Numbered from the stretch's first letter, positions 47,940 through 55,912 are shown. The stretch: 64,000 bases of DNA from Christensenella sp. UBA1214 (GCA_002309375.1 DBXK01000041.1:2001-66000); one strand, 5' to 3'. Numbers and translations: made by a program. Notes: a model not told the origin generated them from the letters alone.

Positions 47940-48710
47940 TTACAGATATCCTTTTTCATCAAGCCATTCGAGCGACGGCGTGCAGTGCATATTTTCAATG
48001 GTAAAGGTCGCCTCCGGGCAAAGCTCCGCGACCTTGTTGATGATCCGCCCGATCGGGATATTTCCTTCGCCGAGCGGGGAGTGCAGATCCTTTCCGCCCG
48101 TGTTATCGTGCAGATGAACGTGGAAAAGATACGGCGCCATCGGGCCGATCCAATCGAGGGGCGGAACGGCGGAAACGGAGCAGTTCGCGTGCCCGACGTC
48201 GAGGCAGAGCCCGAGCCGCGGGTCGCTCACGCCGCGAACGATCTCAACGAGCGTTTCCGGCGAGGGCTCCATCACGTTTTCGAGCGCGATCATTATGTTT
48301 TCCGGCGCGCCTGCAAGAAAATCCTTCCAGAAAAGGATCGACTGCTCAACGTAATATTCCGGGTAATAGATCTCCGGGATGAACCCGCCGTGGATGACGA
48401 TCCTATTGAACCCGAGCTCCTTCGCAAGCCCGATCGCCTCAGCGTAGCGCTCCGCCGCGAGCCGCCTTGCCCGCGGATCGATCGCGCAAGGCGCAAGCTC
48501 CGCAAACGGCGCATGGAACCAGCCTGGCGGGAGGCCGTCCATGAGCTCCTTAGTCCTTTTGAGGTTTTCCTCGCGGTCAACGTCGATGCGCTGAGCCCAG
48601 CAGAATTCAGCGATCTCGAGCCCGATCCGAAAGCGCAGCGCAGCCGGGCGGCAGTCGTCCGCCGTCGTGGAAACAAAAAGCCTGTTTCGGATCCCCGCCT
48701 TATTTTCCAA
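47940..48710 (-). CDS. Xylose-isomerase-like TIM-barrel protein (sugar phosphate isomerase/epimerase family), first gene of the cob operon
   Basis: AP_endonuc_2-like motifs (IVIHGG, ALENV, LCLDVGHAN, HVHLHDN). Start tentatively TTG 48710, 7 nt after AAGGAG; the listed start is 48752. Confidence 0.7.
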   Translation of the reverse strand: MENKAGIRNRLFVSTTADDCRPAALRFRIGLEIAEFCWAQRIDVDREENLKRTKELMDGLPPGWFHAPFAELAPCAIDPRARRLAAERYAEAIGLAKELGFNRIVIHGGFIPEIYYPEYYVEQSILFWKDFLAGAPENIMIALENVMEPSPETLVEIVRGVSDPRLGLCLDVGHANCSVSAVPPLDWIGPMAPYLFHVHLHDNTGGKDLHSPLGEGNIPIGRIINKVAELCPEATFTIENMHCTPSLEWLDEKGYL

Positions 48711-48794
48711 TGCGCCGCTCCTTCGCCGGAGAATGCTCCGGTCTTTTCTCAATCATACCATACAGCAATTCAAAATACAAGGCGCGGGGGCGCT

Positions 48795-48956
48795 TCAATC
48801 GTCCCTCTCCCGCCGAAGCAAACGCTGTTTTTCCCTTGCACGGCGGTATTTTTTGCCGTCCTCGAAAACTGCGGGGCGGGGGAGGGCCTCCCTTTCGCGT
48901 CCGCGGATCGCCGCAAGGCGCTTCAAAAGCAGCTTCGTTTTCTTATCCTTTTTCAT
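48795..48956 (-). CDS. Candidate small basic protein (53 aa), below the ORF-track length cutoff
   Basis: ATG 48956 is preceded by GGAGGA with a 5-nt spacer. It encodes MKKDKKTKLLLKRLAAIRGREREALPRPAVFEDGKKYRRAREKQRLLRRERDD. Codon third positions are G+C-rich like neighbouring genes. No homology recognised. Confidence 0.35.
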   Translation of the reverse strand: MKKDKKTKLLLKRLAAIRGREREALPRPAVFEDGKKYRRAREKQRLLRRERDD

Positions 48957-49115
48957 TGCGTCCTCCGCTTTCTTCGTTCATATTTTCAATCTGAAGGATA
49001 CAGGAAACTTGCGGCGATGTCAAGCTTCGCCGGACAGCTTTCCGGGCATTATAAATTATGGGGCGTAAAAGATAAAAAAACAGCTCTTTTTTTGCCCGAA
49101 AAGGCCGTATTCGGA

Positions 49116-49144
49116 TTGACAGATAACGGGTATAAGGTATACAA
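49116..49144 (+). promoter_or_regulatory. Sigma-A-type promoter (TTGACA-16/17-TATACA)
   Basis: TTGACA gataacgggtataagg TATACA lies about 135 nt upstream of ATG 49279. Confidence 0.5.
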
Positions 49145-49278
49145 TGGAAGTTGAAATTGAACGGAATCCTTAACCGTTCAGAGCCGTTTTGAAGCTCATT
49201 TCCGGCGCGGCAGGAGTTCCCATATTCGCCGCCCAAAGCGAAATTCATCGCGGCAGTAATTCACAAGGAGGAAACAGA

Positions 49279-52200
49279 ATGAAGAAGTTTCTATCAATGC
49301 TTCTGGCAGTTGTGATGGTACTCGCTCTTGCAGTGCCCGCACTGGCGGAAACCAAGGCTCAGCACGGCGATATAACTGTCAGCCAAGCTCAGCCTGAACA
49401 GCAGGCTCAGGCTGACACCGCGAAGCTCCGCGGCGCGTCTTCCTGGGATTTTGAAACCGACCCCGCGGAGTCCGGCTTCACCTACATCGACCAGGACGGT
49501 GACGGCTTTAACTGGGTCTGGCACCAGAACACCGGCACCGGCAACTACACCACCCACAGCGGCGACGGCGTCATGACCAGCGCTTCGTACGACAATGACA
49601 ACCAGGCTGCTCTGACTCCGGACAACTGGATGATCAGCCCCGTCTGCGAAGGCACTATGCTGACCTTCTGGATGTGCGGTCAGGATGCCAGCTACTGCGA
49701 AGAGTACGTCGGCGTTTACGTATCCACCGACGGCGGCGAGACCTGGAGCAACGAGATTGCGGGTTTCACCGCGACTTCGGAGATGACCCAGCAGGCAGTC
49801 AACCTTTCCGCTTACACCGGCGAGATCCAGTTCGCGCTGCGTCATTACAACTGCACCGATATGTTCTACCTCGATATCGACGATATCGAGCTGATGAGCG
49901 AGGTCCCGCAGTGCACCGTTACCTTCGTTGACGGCTATGACGGCACGACTATCGACACCATGACCGTCGAGGCCGGCACCGTGCTCAACGAGCGCGATTT
50001 CCCGACTCCGCCCACTCACGAGGGCTATGAGTTCACCGGTTGGGACTACAACGGCGCAAGCATCGCGGCGGATACCACCATCACCGCGAACTACAAGCAG
50101 GAAGGCTCCAATATTTGGGACTTCGAGACCGATCCGACCGCCCAAGGCTTCACATTCCTGGATCAGGACGGCGACGGCAACGGCTGGGGAAGGCTGAGCG
50201 ATGCAGAGTATGCTCACGAGTCGACCTATGCTATGGCTTCCGCTTCCTATTCCAGCGGTGCGCTGACTCCGGATAACTGGATGATCACCCCCGCGTTCGA
50301 AGCGGTCGGCATGAGCTTCTGGACCCGCGGCCTGGGCTATCCCGATCACGTCGGCATCTTCGTATCCACCGACGGCGGCTCCACCTGGTCCGACAAGGCG
50401 CTGCTCGAATACGACACCGACGGCACGGCATATGAAAAGAAGACCGTCGATCTTTCCGCTTATAAAGATCAGGAGATCATGGTCGCTTTCCGCCATTACA
50501 ACTGCACCGACCAGTACTACGTCTTCATCGATGATATCGAAACCTATAATGCTGCCCCGGAATATACGGTCACCTTCTATGATATCATGGATGAGTCCGT
50601 TATCGGCACCATTACCGTTGAGCAGGGCTACGTGCTGACCGAGGAAGACTTCCCCGAGGTCCCCGAGCACGAGGGCTATGTGTTCTACGGCTGGAGCTAC
50701 GACGGCACCGGCATTGCGGAAGACACCGCCATTATCGCGTTCTATTCCTATGATGGCGTCTATGAGAACACCCTTTGGGATTTTGAAGACGAGATCCACC
50801 CGATCGTAACCGGTTTCCATACCGATGACGGAAACGGCGACGGCAACACCTGGGAATGGTTCAATGCGCCTGACTACGCAAACAGCACCAGCCATATGAT
50901 GGCCTGCCTGTCCAACGGCATGGATTCGATGGATGATTGGCTCATCACGCCGAAATTCACCGGCACGCTGCTGACCTTCTACTATCGCGGCTACAGCGCG
51001 AGCTACACCGATCATCTCGAGGTTTACGTTTCCGCGGACGACGGCGCGACATGGAAGCCGGTCGGCGAGTACGAAGTGACCGGCGACACCTACACCATGG
51101 CGAGCATCGATCTCAGCGAGTATGAAGGCACCCTCCGTGTCGGATTCAATGTATCCGTCGCAGGCGGCGCATACGTCTTCATCGACGATATCGAGGTCAT
51201 GAGCGAGACTCCGACCTACACCGTAACCTTCATCGACGGCTTAACCGGCGAACCGTTCGACAGGCCTCTGACCGTTGAGATGGGCTACGTTCTTGGCGAG
51301 CGCGATTTCCCGACTCCTCCCACCCACGAGGACTACGAGTTCTTTGGTTGGGATTATGACGGCAGCCCCATCGTCGCCGATACCGAGATCACCGCGATCT
51401 ATGGTTATGCAGGCGTTTATTCCAACACGATCTGGGATTTCGAAACCGATCCTTCCGCGCAGGGCTTCCTGATGCTGGATGAGGACGGCGACGGTCATAA
51501 TTGGGAATGGCAGGAGCCCGGTTCAAGCTACGTACACAGCACCTCCCACTCCATGTATTCCGCCTCCTATGAGGGCAACGGTGTCGGCGCACTCAGCCCC
51601 GACAACTGGCTGATCACCCCGAAATTCACCGCTTCGATGCTGACCTTCTGGATCCGCAACTACAGCGGAAGCTATAAGGACCACCTCGAGGTCTACGTTT
51701 CGACCGATAACGGCGCGACCTGGAGCGAATCCGTCCTGAGCATTGATCCGGCCAATACTTTTGAACAGTACACGATCGATCTTACCGAATACGGTGAGGC
51801 AGAACTCAGGGTCGCTTTCCGCCACTGCAACTGCAGCGATAAGTACCGCTTCTATCTCGACGATATCGAGATCATCACCCTTGCTCCCACCGCCATCGTT
51901 ACCTTCGTTGACGGCGTTGACGGAAGCGAGATCAATACTCTTGAGGTCGAGACCGGCTACGTTCTGACCGAGGAAGACTTCCCGACTCCTCCCGAGCATG
52001 AAGACTGGACCTTTGTCGAGTGGGATTATGACGGCAGCTCGATCCTCCAGGATACTACCGTTACCGCGCTTTACAGCTATGATAAGCTCTTGATCTGGGA
52101 CTTCGAAACCGATCCCTTTGAACAGGGCTTCATCCTTCTCGACGCCGACGGCGACAGCAGCAACTGGCAGTGGGCGACTTCCGGCTACTCCGGCTACTTC

Positions 52201-53334
52201 CACGAGGGCATCGGCTACATGATCGATAAGTATAAGACCGATCCGGACGATTACCTGATCACCCCCGCCTTCACTTTCAACAGCGATGTCTGCCAGATTA
52301 GCTTCTGGGCGAACTCCTACAGCGCGAGCTGGCTCGAGTATCTCGGCGTATACGTATCCACCGATGACGGCGAGACCTGGAGCGAAGAGATCTGGGGACA
52401 GACCCTCACCAACATCACTCCTCAGGAATTCACCATTGACCTCAGCGCTTATGCAGACGACACGATCCGCGTTGCGTTCAGGCACTACAATTCCCCCGAT
52501 AAGTTCTATATCTTCCTCGACTACATCACCCTGACCGACGCTACCCCCGTTCCTCTTGCGGAACCGCATAACGTCTACTTCAAGGTCGGCAATGCAACCC
52601 TCGCGACCCTCGAGAACGTCCTCGAGATCACCGAAGAGGATCTGCCCGAAGGACCTGCCTGGTACGGCTTCACCTTCACCGGCTGGGATATGACCGTTGA
52701 GGAGATCAACGCTGCTCTCGCCGAGGGCGACGTCACCGTCAACGGTATCTTCGTCCCCGCGGAGAATGCGTTCACCGTCACCATCATCTACGGCGAAGAA
52801 GTGACCGAGAAGACCTTCACCGAGAGCCGCTGGCTCACCGTCAAGGCGAAGGCTCAGAACAAGGCCGGTCAGTACTTCCAGTATTGGACCATGGACGACG
52901 TCATCATCAGCTACAGCCCGCGTGCAAACGTCCGTGTTGTCGATACCTGCACCCTTGAGGCGCACTACGCTGACGAGCCCATCGAGGCGACCGGTGTTGC
53001 GCAGCTCATCAAGGCGACCTTCGCAGGCGGCAGGGAGACCTTCGTAGTTTACCTCGCTGCACCGAACGGCGCGACCATGACCGACGCAGGTCTGCTCGCA
53101 TCGCCCGCGACCGAGTATGATCCCGAGGACGGCGAGCTGACTCCGGACAACGCGAAGTTCTATAAGCACTGCAACATCAACGATCCTTCGCAGCCCGCGA
53201 CCTACACCTGGATCAAGACCAATGTCCAGGAGGGCGACGTCTGGTACATCCGTCCGTTCGTCACCTATGAGCTCGACGGCGAGACCTTCACCGTCTACGG
53301 CGAGACCACCGCTGTCAAAGCCGGCAACGAATAA
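49279..53334 (+). CDS. Large secreted protein: 5 x (cleaved-adhesin / choice-of-anchor-J-like domain + Listeria-Bacteroides repeat) plus C-terminal domains
   Basis: AAGGAGG SD and signal peptide MKKFLSMLLAVVMVLALAVPALA. Five modules start with WDFE(T/D)DP...GF...D(Q/E/A)DGDG..W and contain LTPDNW(M/L)I(S/T)P, VYVSTDGG.TWS, RHYNCTD and IDDIE. Each is followed by a TVTF(V/Y)DG...EGYEFTGWDY-type repeat. Confidence 0.85.
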   Translation: MKKFLSMLLAVVMVLALAVPALAETKAQHGDITVSQAQPEQQAQADTAKLRGASSWDFETDPAESGFTYIDQDGDGFNWVWHQNTGTGNYTTHSGDGVMTSASYDNDNQAALTPDNWMISPVCEGTMLTFWMCGQDASYCEEYVGVYVSTDGGETWSNEIAGFTATSEMTQQAVNLSAYTGEIQFALRHYNCTDMFYLDIDDIELMSEVPQCTVTFVDGYDGTTIDTMTVEAGTVLNERDFPTPPTHEGYEFTGWDYNGASIAADTTITANYKQEGSNIWDFETDPTAQGFTFLDQDGDGNGWGRLSDAEYAHESTYAMASASYSSGALTPDNWMITPAFEAVGMSFWTRGLGYPDHVGIFVSTDGGSTWSDKALLEYDTDGTAYEKKTVDLSAYKDQEIMVAFRHYNCTDQYYVFIDDIETYNAAPEYTVTFYDIMDESVIGTITVEQGYVLTEEDFPEVPEHEGYVFYGWSYDGTGIAEDTAIIAFYSYDGVYENTLWDFEDEIHPIVTGFHTDDGNGDGNTWEWFNAPDYANSTSHMMACLSNGMDSMDDWLITPKFTGTLLTFYYRGYSASYTDHLEVYVSADDGATWKPVGEYEVTGDTYTMASIDLSEYEGTLRVGFNVSVAGGAYVFIDDIEVMSETPTYTVTFIDGLTGEPFDRPLTVEMGYVLGERDFPTPPTHEDYEFFGWDYDGSPIVADTEITAIYGYAGVYSNTIWDFETDPSAQGFLMLDEDGDGHNWEWQEPGSSYVHSTSHSMYSASYEGNGVGALSPDNWLITPKFTASMLTFWIRNYSGSYKDHLEVYVSTDNGATWSESVLSIDPANTFEQYTIDLTEYGEAELRVAFRHCNCSDKYRFYLDDIEIITLAPTAIVTFVDGVDGSEINTLEVETGYVLTEEDFPTPPEHEDWTFVEWDYDGSSILQDTTVTALYSYDKLLIWDFETDPFEQGFILLDADGDSSNWQWATSGYSGYFHEGIGYMIDKYKTDPDDYLITPAFTFNSDVCQISFWANSYSASWLEYLGVYVSTDDGETWSEEIWGQTLTNITPQEFTIDLSAYADDTIRVAFRHYNSPDKFYIFLDYITLTDATPVPLAEPHNVYFKVGNATLATLENVLEITEEDLPEGPAWYGFTFTGWDMTVEEINAALAEGDVTVNGIFVPAENAFTVTIIYGEEVTEKTFTESRWLTVKAKAQNKAGQYFQYWTMDDVIISYSPRANVRVVDTCTLEAHYADEPIEATGVAQLIKATFAGGRETFVVYLAAPNGATMTDAGLLASPATEYDPEDGELTPDNAKFYKHCNINDPSQPATYTWIKTNVQEGDVWYIRPFVTYELDGETFTVYGETTAVKAGNE
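49444..52760 (+). repeat. Five tandem coding modules of about 660 nt
   Basis: The WDFE codons recur at 49444, 50116, 50776, 51433 and 52096 (periods 672, 660, 657 and 663 nt). The copies are diverged at DNA level. Confidence 0.85.
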
Positions 53335-53375
53335 CACAGGACCCGGCCACAGCGCCGGATAACCGAACAAAGAGA

Positions 53376-53408
53376 AACGGTCTTCCGAAATCGGGAGACC
53401 GTTTTTTG
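53376..53408 (+). terminator. Rho-independent terminator
   Basis: AACGGTCTTCC-gaaatc-GGGAGACCGTT followed by TTTTTG. Confidence 0.8.
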
Positions 53409-53593
53409 TTCCGCTTTTACGGAGGGCAAGGGGAGCGGCGCGGAGCTTTTCAATGGCGCCTGTGCCTGCCGTGCGGTAATGCTTTTGATCGAGCTCATTA
53501 TACCCGCGGAACATAAACCCTGCTTAAATCAGAAAAATGCGAAAAGAAAAGAGGGCGCGGAGCCCTCTGTTCGTTTCGGTTTGCTTTTCGGGA

Positions 53594-53690
53594 TCAGTGC
53601 AGCGCAAGCACGAGGCGCATGATCGGGATTGCGTCGGTCGCGTTGACTCCGCCGCTCGTGTTCGCCCGCGGTGTAGTACATGGATGCGAC
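53594..53690 (-). pseudogene. Remnant of the 3' end of a dockerin-encoding gene
   Basis: The minus strand ends ...SGGVNATDAIPIMRLVLALH*, resembling the second dockerin segment of neighbouring genes (DGSVNATDAVLIMRIALSIS*). The frame closes about 32 codons upstream. An AGAGGGC-tccg-CGCCCTCT hairpin plus T-run (about 53554-53575) follows the stop. Confidence 0.4.
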
Positions 53691-53823
53691 GGTCATGCCC
53701 TCGTTCGGGTGATGCGGTCAGTTGCCGTTGGATCGCACTGCCTGCCGGAGAGCCCGGAAAGCATGGCCGATGCCGATCCGGACTTGCGGGAAGATTTTTT
53801 CTTCACGATGACATCGAAAACCG

Positions 53824-53852
53824 TTGTACCGAAGCCGGGATTGTGGTAAAAT
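53824..53852 (+). promoter_or_regulatory. Promoter TTGTAC-17-TAAAAT with extended -10 TGTGGTAAAAT
   Basis: Read directly from the sequence, about 22 nt upstream of ATG 53875. Confidence 0.5.
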
Positions 53853-53874
53853 CAAGAAAAACGGGAGGTTGTTT

Positions 53875-54987
53875 ATGAAAAGATTTTTCAGGACGCAGCT
53901 CAGTCTGCTGCTTGCGGCCGCGTTATGCTGCGCTTTAATCATGTCATCCTCGGCATATGCCCGAAATGAAGGCGCCGATCGCGTCAGCCCCGACGCGGCT
54001 GAAGAGGAGATCGGATCGGCTGAGCCGAAAGCAGGAGAGCTCACGCTCGATCCTTCGTCGCTGACCGTTCCCGTTTTCAGCGGTTATTTCGGCGTTCGGA
54101 TCCGCGCATACATAAACGGAGTCGAGCAATCGCCCTTCGATATTACCTGGACGAGCTCCAGCTCATACGTCGCATCCGTGGACAACGTGGGCTGCGTCTA
54201 TGCTTCATCCGCAGGCACCGCGACCATAACCGCCCGCACGCAGAACGGCAGGACAGCGACCTGCACGGTCACGGTTGTATCGAACACGAATTATCCCAAC
54301 GTCAATGCCGTCAGCTTTACGCAGATCTCCGAGCTCTCATATGTGAATCCCCGCGTGGGCATCGGTCCTTTATGCGGCGGCGAGCCTGTTATTATCCGAA
54401 GATTCCTTCCCTCGAAGGGCACAAGGATGGACAACCCGGGCAGCAATCCGAACGCCACCAACGGCTGGGCATTCACCTATGCGACGGGTTTCCGCTTTTC
54501 CGCGCAGGCAGGGCATGATTACACCATCTCCGTTGAACCGTATGCGGGGCAGCAGGATCACGACGTTGAGGTGTTCCTTTCGGTCTACAACAGCAACTAT
54601 AACCTTGTCACATACGCCTACAGCGTCCATACGGGCGAGTACCCGACGGTCAACCTGCATACGACGAGCAGCGGTTATTGGTATGTTGTTCTGACGCCCG
54701 TCAACTATAACAACCAGTGGGGGAACGGTTATGTGAGATTCAAACTGACCGATCCGTCCGCGCCTCCTCCTTCCGAATGGCTGCTCGGCGATGTGGACCA
54801 CAACGGGACAGTCAATATCGTGGACTCCGTGACGGTGCTCCGCCATGCGCTCGGCCTTGTTATGATCCCCGATGACGCGCTGGCTCAGGCCGACGTTACG
54901 GGCAACGGCTCGATCGACGTTACGGATGCGCTGATGATCATGCGCTACGCCATGGGCGTGATCGATTCATTAAGCATCGAACGGTGA
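53875..54987 (+). CDS. Secreted dockerin-bearing protein with Big_2 Ig-like domain and PPC-like beta-sandwich
   Basis: GGGAGG SD. Signal MKRFFRTQLSLLLAAALCCALIMSSSAYA. Big_2-like DITWTSSSSYVASV...GTATITARTQNG. Dockerin GDVDHNGTVNIVDSVTVLR...DVTGNGSIDVTDALMIMR. Confidence 0.8.
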   Translation: MKRFFRTQLSLLLAAALCCALIMSSSAYARNEGADRVSPDAAEEEIGSAEPKAGELTLDPSSLTVPVFSGYFGVRIRAYINGVEQSPFDITWTSSSSYVASVDNVGCVYASSAGTATITARTQNGRTATCTVTVVSNTNYPNVNAVSFTQISELSYVNPRVGIGPLCGGEPVIIRRFLPSKGTRMDNPGSNPNATNGWAFTYATGFRFSAQAGHDYTISVEPYAGQQDHDVEVFLSVYNSNYNLVTYAYSVHTGEYPTVNLHTTSSGYWYVVLTPVNYNNQWGNGYVRFKLTDPSAPPPSEWLLGDVDHNGTVNIVDSVTVLRHALGLVMIPDDALAQADVTGNGSIDVTDALMIMRYAMGVIDSLSIER

Positions 54988-55000
54988 TCAAGAAGAAACG

Positions 55001-55040
55001 AAAGATCCGGAAACAGTGGATGCTTCCGGATCTTTTTTTA
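55001..55040. terminator. Bidirectional hairpin terminator
   Basis: AAAGATCCGGA-(13 nt)-TCCGGATCTTT followed by TTTTT. Confidence 0.7.
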
Positions 55041-55047
55041 CTTACGG

Positions 55048-55536
55048 TCAGAAGACCATCATCGCGTGAGCTGCGAGACCGCTGCGGACATTTCGCAGTG
55101 GTTCACCGATCAGACCGCCCGGTGTGGTGGAGCAGTCGGCGGGAAGCTCCTTGCCCGATTTATTTTCCCGGACGTTGACGCCGTACAGCTTGACCGTTGA
55201 ATCATTATTGACGTAGCCGCCGCCGTCGGTCTCCCGGCCGCCCTTGACGCAGCCGCTGCCGACGCTGTCGATAATGATCAGCGCCGCGCCGTTCTTCGCC
55301 TCAAAGACGTGCTTGGAGCTGCCCGAGGAATCGCGCTTCAGGTCAACAGTATGACCGGCAAGGCCGATGATGTCTATATCAAGCAGCGCGATATCAACGA
55401 GGTCTTTGCGGGCGAACTCAAGCGCTGCCTCGGCCTTCGTGAAGCCGTGCGCCTCGTCTACACCGTCGATCTCGCGGCACATGGCAAGCGTGTCCTCCAT
55501 CAGCAGCCTTTCATCGTCTACGCATATCGCCTTCAT
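55048..55536 (-). CDS. Chimeric/atypical ORF: N-terminal fragment of a response-regulator receiver domain fused to a Gly-rich beta-helix-like segment; no DNA-binding output domain
   Basis: MKAICVDDERLLMEDTLAMCREIDGVDEAHGFTKAEAALEFARKDLVDIALLDIDI is a receiver N-terminus running up to the phospho-acceptor Asp region. The remainder (NGAALIIIDSVGSGCVKGGRETDGGGYVNNDSTVKLYGVNV) does not look like a receiver or an output domain. Codon usage looks coding. Confidence 0.5.
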   Translation of the reverse strand: MKAICVDDERLLMEDTLAMCREIDGVDEAHGFTKAEAALEFARKDLVDIALLDIDIIGLAGHTVDLKRDSSGSSKHVFEAKNGAALIIIDSVGSGCVKGGRETDGGGYVNNDSTVKLYGVNVRENKSGKELPADCSTTPGGLIGEPLRNVRSGLAAHAMMVF

Positions 55537-55679
55537 TTGCTCGCCTCCTTTTCGGGTACCAGCATGGTTAAGACAGTCCCCTCGCCGATAACGCTCTCTA
55601 TCTTAAAGCTGCCGCCGCACATGCTTGCAAAGATGCTTAATGACCACAAAATTGATGAGTAAAAAGCAGGGTGCTCAGT
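55533..55679 (-). pseudogene. 5'-truncated histidine kinase: only the last ~30-45 codons (end of HATPase domain) remain
   Basis: The minus strand reads ...LSIFASMCGGSFKIESVIGEGTVLTMLVPEKEASK*, with the stop overlapping the downstream ATG (ATGA). The frame is closed by TAA at 55680-55682, and the sequence upstream is AT-rich non-coding. Confidence 0.6.
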
Positions 55680-55703
55680 TTATTCAATAGGGGTGTTCAA
55701 AAA

Positions 55704-55764
55704 TAAACGATTACCCCGATTTGCTGCACAAATAAACGATTACACACCACAAAGTAAACGATTA
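55704..55764. repeat. Three direct copies of TAAACGATTA (extended AARTAAACGATTA)
   Basis: Perfect 10-mers at 55704-55713, 55733-55742 and 55755-55764, with spacings of 29 and 22 bp start to start. Confidence 0.9.
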
Positions 55765-55862
55765 GCACAGATAAATGCAAAAAAGCCTCACTCGGTAACC
55801 TCCGGGAGGGGCTTTATACTACATATCGACGCCTATAATTTGCTATATCTGCTAAATTTTTC

Positions 55863-55912
55863 ACACAAAAATACCCTTCATACCGAATTGTATCAAAATT
55901 GGTATGAAGGGT
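55863..55912 (-). terminator. Strong rho-independent terminator directly after the tRNA-like element
   Basis: 12-bp perfect inverted repeat ACCCTTCATACC / GGTATGAAGGGT with a 16-nt loop. On the minus strand it is followed by ATTTTTGTGTG. Confidence 0.8.

Noticed and set aside
47568-49154. 528-aa plus-strand ORF across cobT, the TIM-barrel gene and the upstream leader
   Set aside because: It is antisense to a tightly coupled cob operon and crosses an intergenic region, which is implausible for a real gene.
48943-49248. 101-aa minus-strand ORF in the giant-gene upstream region
   Set aside because: There is no SD, its composition is odd, and it overlaps the plus-strand promoter. The 53-codon ORF in another frame is the better candidate.
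48711-49278. Possible cobalamin riboswitch upstream of the cob operon
   Set aside because: I read the minus strand of this region and found no B12-box-like (GCCACTG-type) core or the usual conserved junction sequences. A promoter and a small basic ORF are found instead. An Infernal scan is still needed for certainty.
49294-53514. 573-aa and 663-aa minus-strand ORFs inside the giant repeat protein gene
   Set aside because: They are antisense to a gene with a signal peptide and five recognisable domain modules. The translations are Gly/Val/Asp/Ala-rich mirror images.
53537-54044. ORFs 53537..53878 (+), 53619..53849 (+) and 53718..54044 (-)
   Set aside because: They lie in or over the decayed dockerin remnant and the promoter and start of the 53875 gene. 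They have no motifs or SD.
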